Below the pieces are notes generated by a model. It was not told where the DNA came from. It saw only the letters and a program-made list of their open reading frames with translations, and did not search any database. Shown piece after piece: positions 14,998-15,619 of a DNA stretch of 15,619 nucleotides. Numbering within the stretch: position 1 is the first letter of the stretch; each line of letters starts with the position of its first letter. Both the position numbers and the translations under genes were made by a program. Where the stretch lies: NCBI GenBank assembly GCA_046861655.1, contig JBHIAI010000034.1:1-15619 (forward strand). Direction: 5' to 3'. The DNA is from Fidelibacterota bacterium (GTDB lineage: Bacteria; Fidelibacterota; Marinisomatia; Marinisomatales; S15-B10).

Positions 14998-15479
14998 AAA
15001 AAGCCATCTATCCGGGGTCCTTTGACCCTGTCACCAACGGCCACCTGGACATCGTGCACCGGGCAACGAAGCTCTTCGATGAGCTGGTGATAACGGTGGC
15101 CATCCAACGGGACAAGGAGCCTTTGTTCACTCTCCGGGAACGAATGGATATGATCAAAGAGTGTGTTCGGGAGTATGACAACGTGGAGGTCACATCCACC
15201 GACAAGCTGATCGTGGAATACGCCCGCGACATAAGGGCCGGGGCCCTGATTCGCGGGCTCCGGTTCGTGAGTGATATCGAGTACGAGTTTCAGATGGCCT
15301 GGATGAACCGTCATCTGAATAAGGAGGTGGTCACGGTGTTCCTCATGACGGATGCCAAGTATACCCACCTCAATTCTACCCTTATCAAGGAGGTCTTTGG
15401 ACTGGGCGGAGACATCAGTGAATTCGTTCCCCCTCACGTGGTGAAACGCCTGGCGGAGAAATTCCCCGCCAGACGTTAG
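14994..15479 (+). CDS. coaD: Phosphopantetheine adenylyltransferase
   Basis: AIYPGSFDPVTNGHLDIV, LFTLRER, IRGLR..SD.EYE.QMA.MNR.L and GGDISEFVP. Confidence 0.98.
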   Translation: MKKAIYPGSFDPVTNGHLDIVHRATKLFDELVITVAIQRDKEPLFTLRERMDMIKECVREYDNVEVTSTDKLIVEYARDIRAGALIRGLRFVSDIEYEFQMAWMNRHLNKEVVTVFLMTDAKYTHLNSTLIKEVFGLGGDISEFVPPHVVKRLAEKFPARR

Positions 15480-15483
15480 GCCT

Positions 15484-15515
15484 TGAGGGGTAGGGGATCT
15501 TGTCGCCCCTCACCC
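15484..15515 (+). terminator. Hairpin just after coaD; possible pause or termination element without an immediate U-tract
   Basis: TGAGGGG (15484-15490) is the reverse complement of CCCCTCA (15506-15512). An alternative register pairs GGGT-AGGGG (15488-15496) with CCCCT-C-ACCC (15506-15515). Confidence 0.35.
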
Positions 15516-15619
15516 GGTACCTGCCTTACACTCCGCTCCCGTTATCCGATTCCCGGTTCCTTCACTCTTCCCCACTTTACTCCTGCCTTCGTCCCCAACT
15601 TTTTCTCTCTTGAAATGGG

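Noticed and set aside
14802..15437. 211-aa minus-strand ORF opposite rsmD/coaD, and similar antisense ORFs at 10315-10932, 12501-13043, 13587-14144 and 1505-2032
   Set aside because: All are shadows of well-supported + strand genes and show no independent domain signal.
1..15619. CRISPR arrays, tRNA/rRNA genes, IS elements, integrases or prophage genes
   Set aside because: I saw no spaced direct repeats, cloverleaf motifs, terminal inverted repeats or transposase/integrase ORFs. The non-coding space inside the window is too small to hold them.

Overview
A gene-dense stretch with all 16 credible CDSs on the + strand, probably from a diderm FCB-superphylum bacterium. That assignment is inferred from the T9SS-type C-terminal sorting domain and the hrcA-grpE-dnaJ order without dnaK. 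Block 1 (1-9276) is envelope-centred: the 3' part of a secreted protein with FG-GAP-like repeats and a T9SS C-terminal domain (probably an M6-like metalloprotease), a 980-aa zinc-peptidase/PD40-propeller/outer-membrane-barrel protein, a DUF5683-like protein, bamD, nadD, a Ca2+/Na+ antiporter, ftsE and ftsX. Block 2 (9345-15479) follows a sigma70-like promoter with no CIRCE: hrcA, grpE, dnaJ, comEA-like, three unannotated genes, rsmD and coaD. The most interesting observation is that the three unannotated genes read as a degenerate type IV filament-like module next to comEA. They are a pilin-like protein with E5/P22 spacing but no G|F cleavage site, a PilM-like protein with eroded nucleotide motifs, and a 90-aa mini-PilN-like membrane protein with an INLF motif and a polybasic tract. 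I saw no mobile elements, CRISPR arrays, tRNAs or rRNAs. All family assignments come from motif recognition by eye, not database searches.
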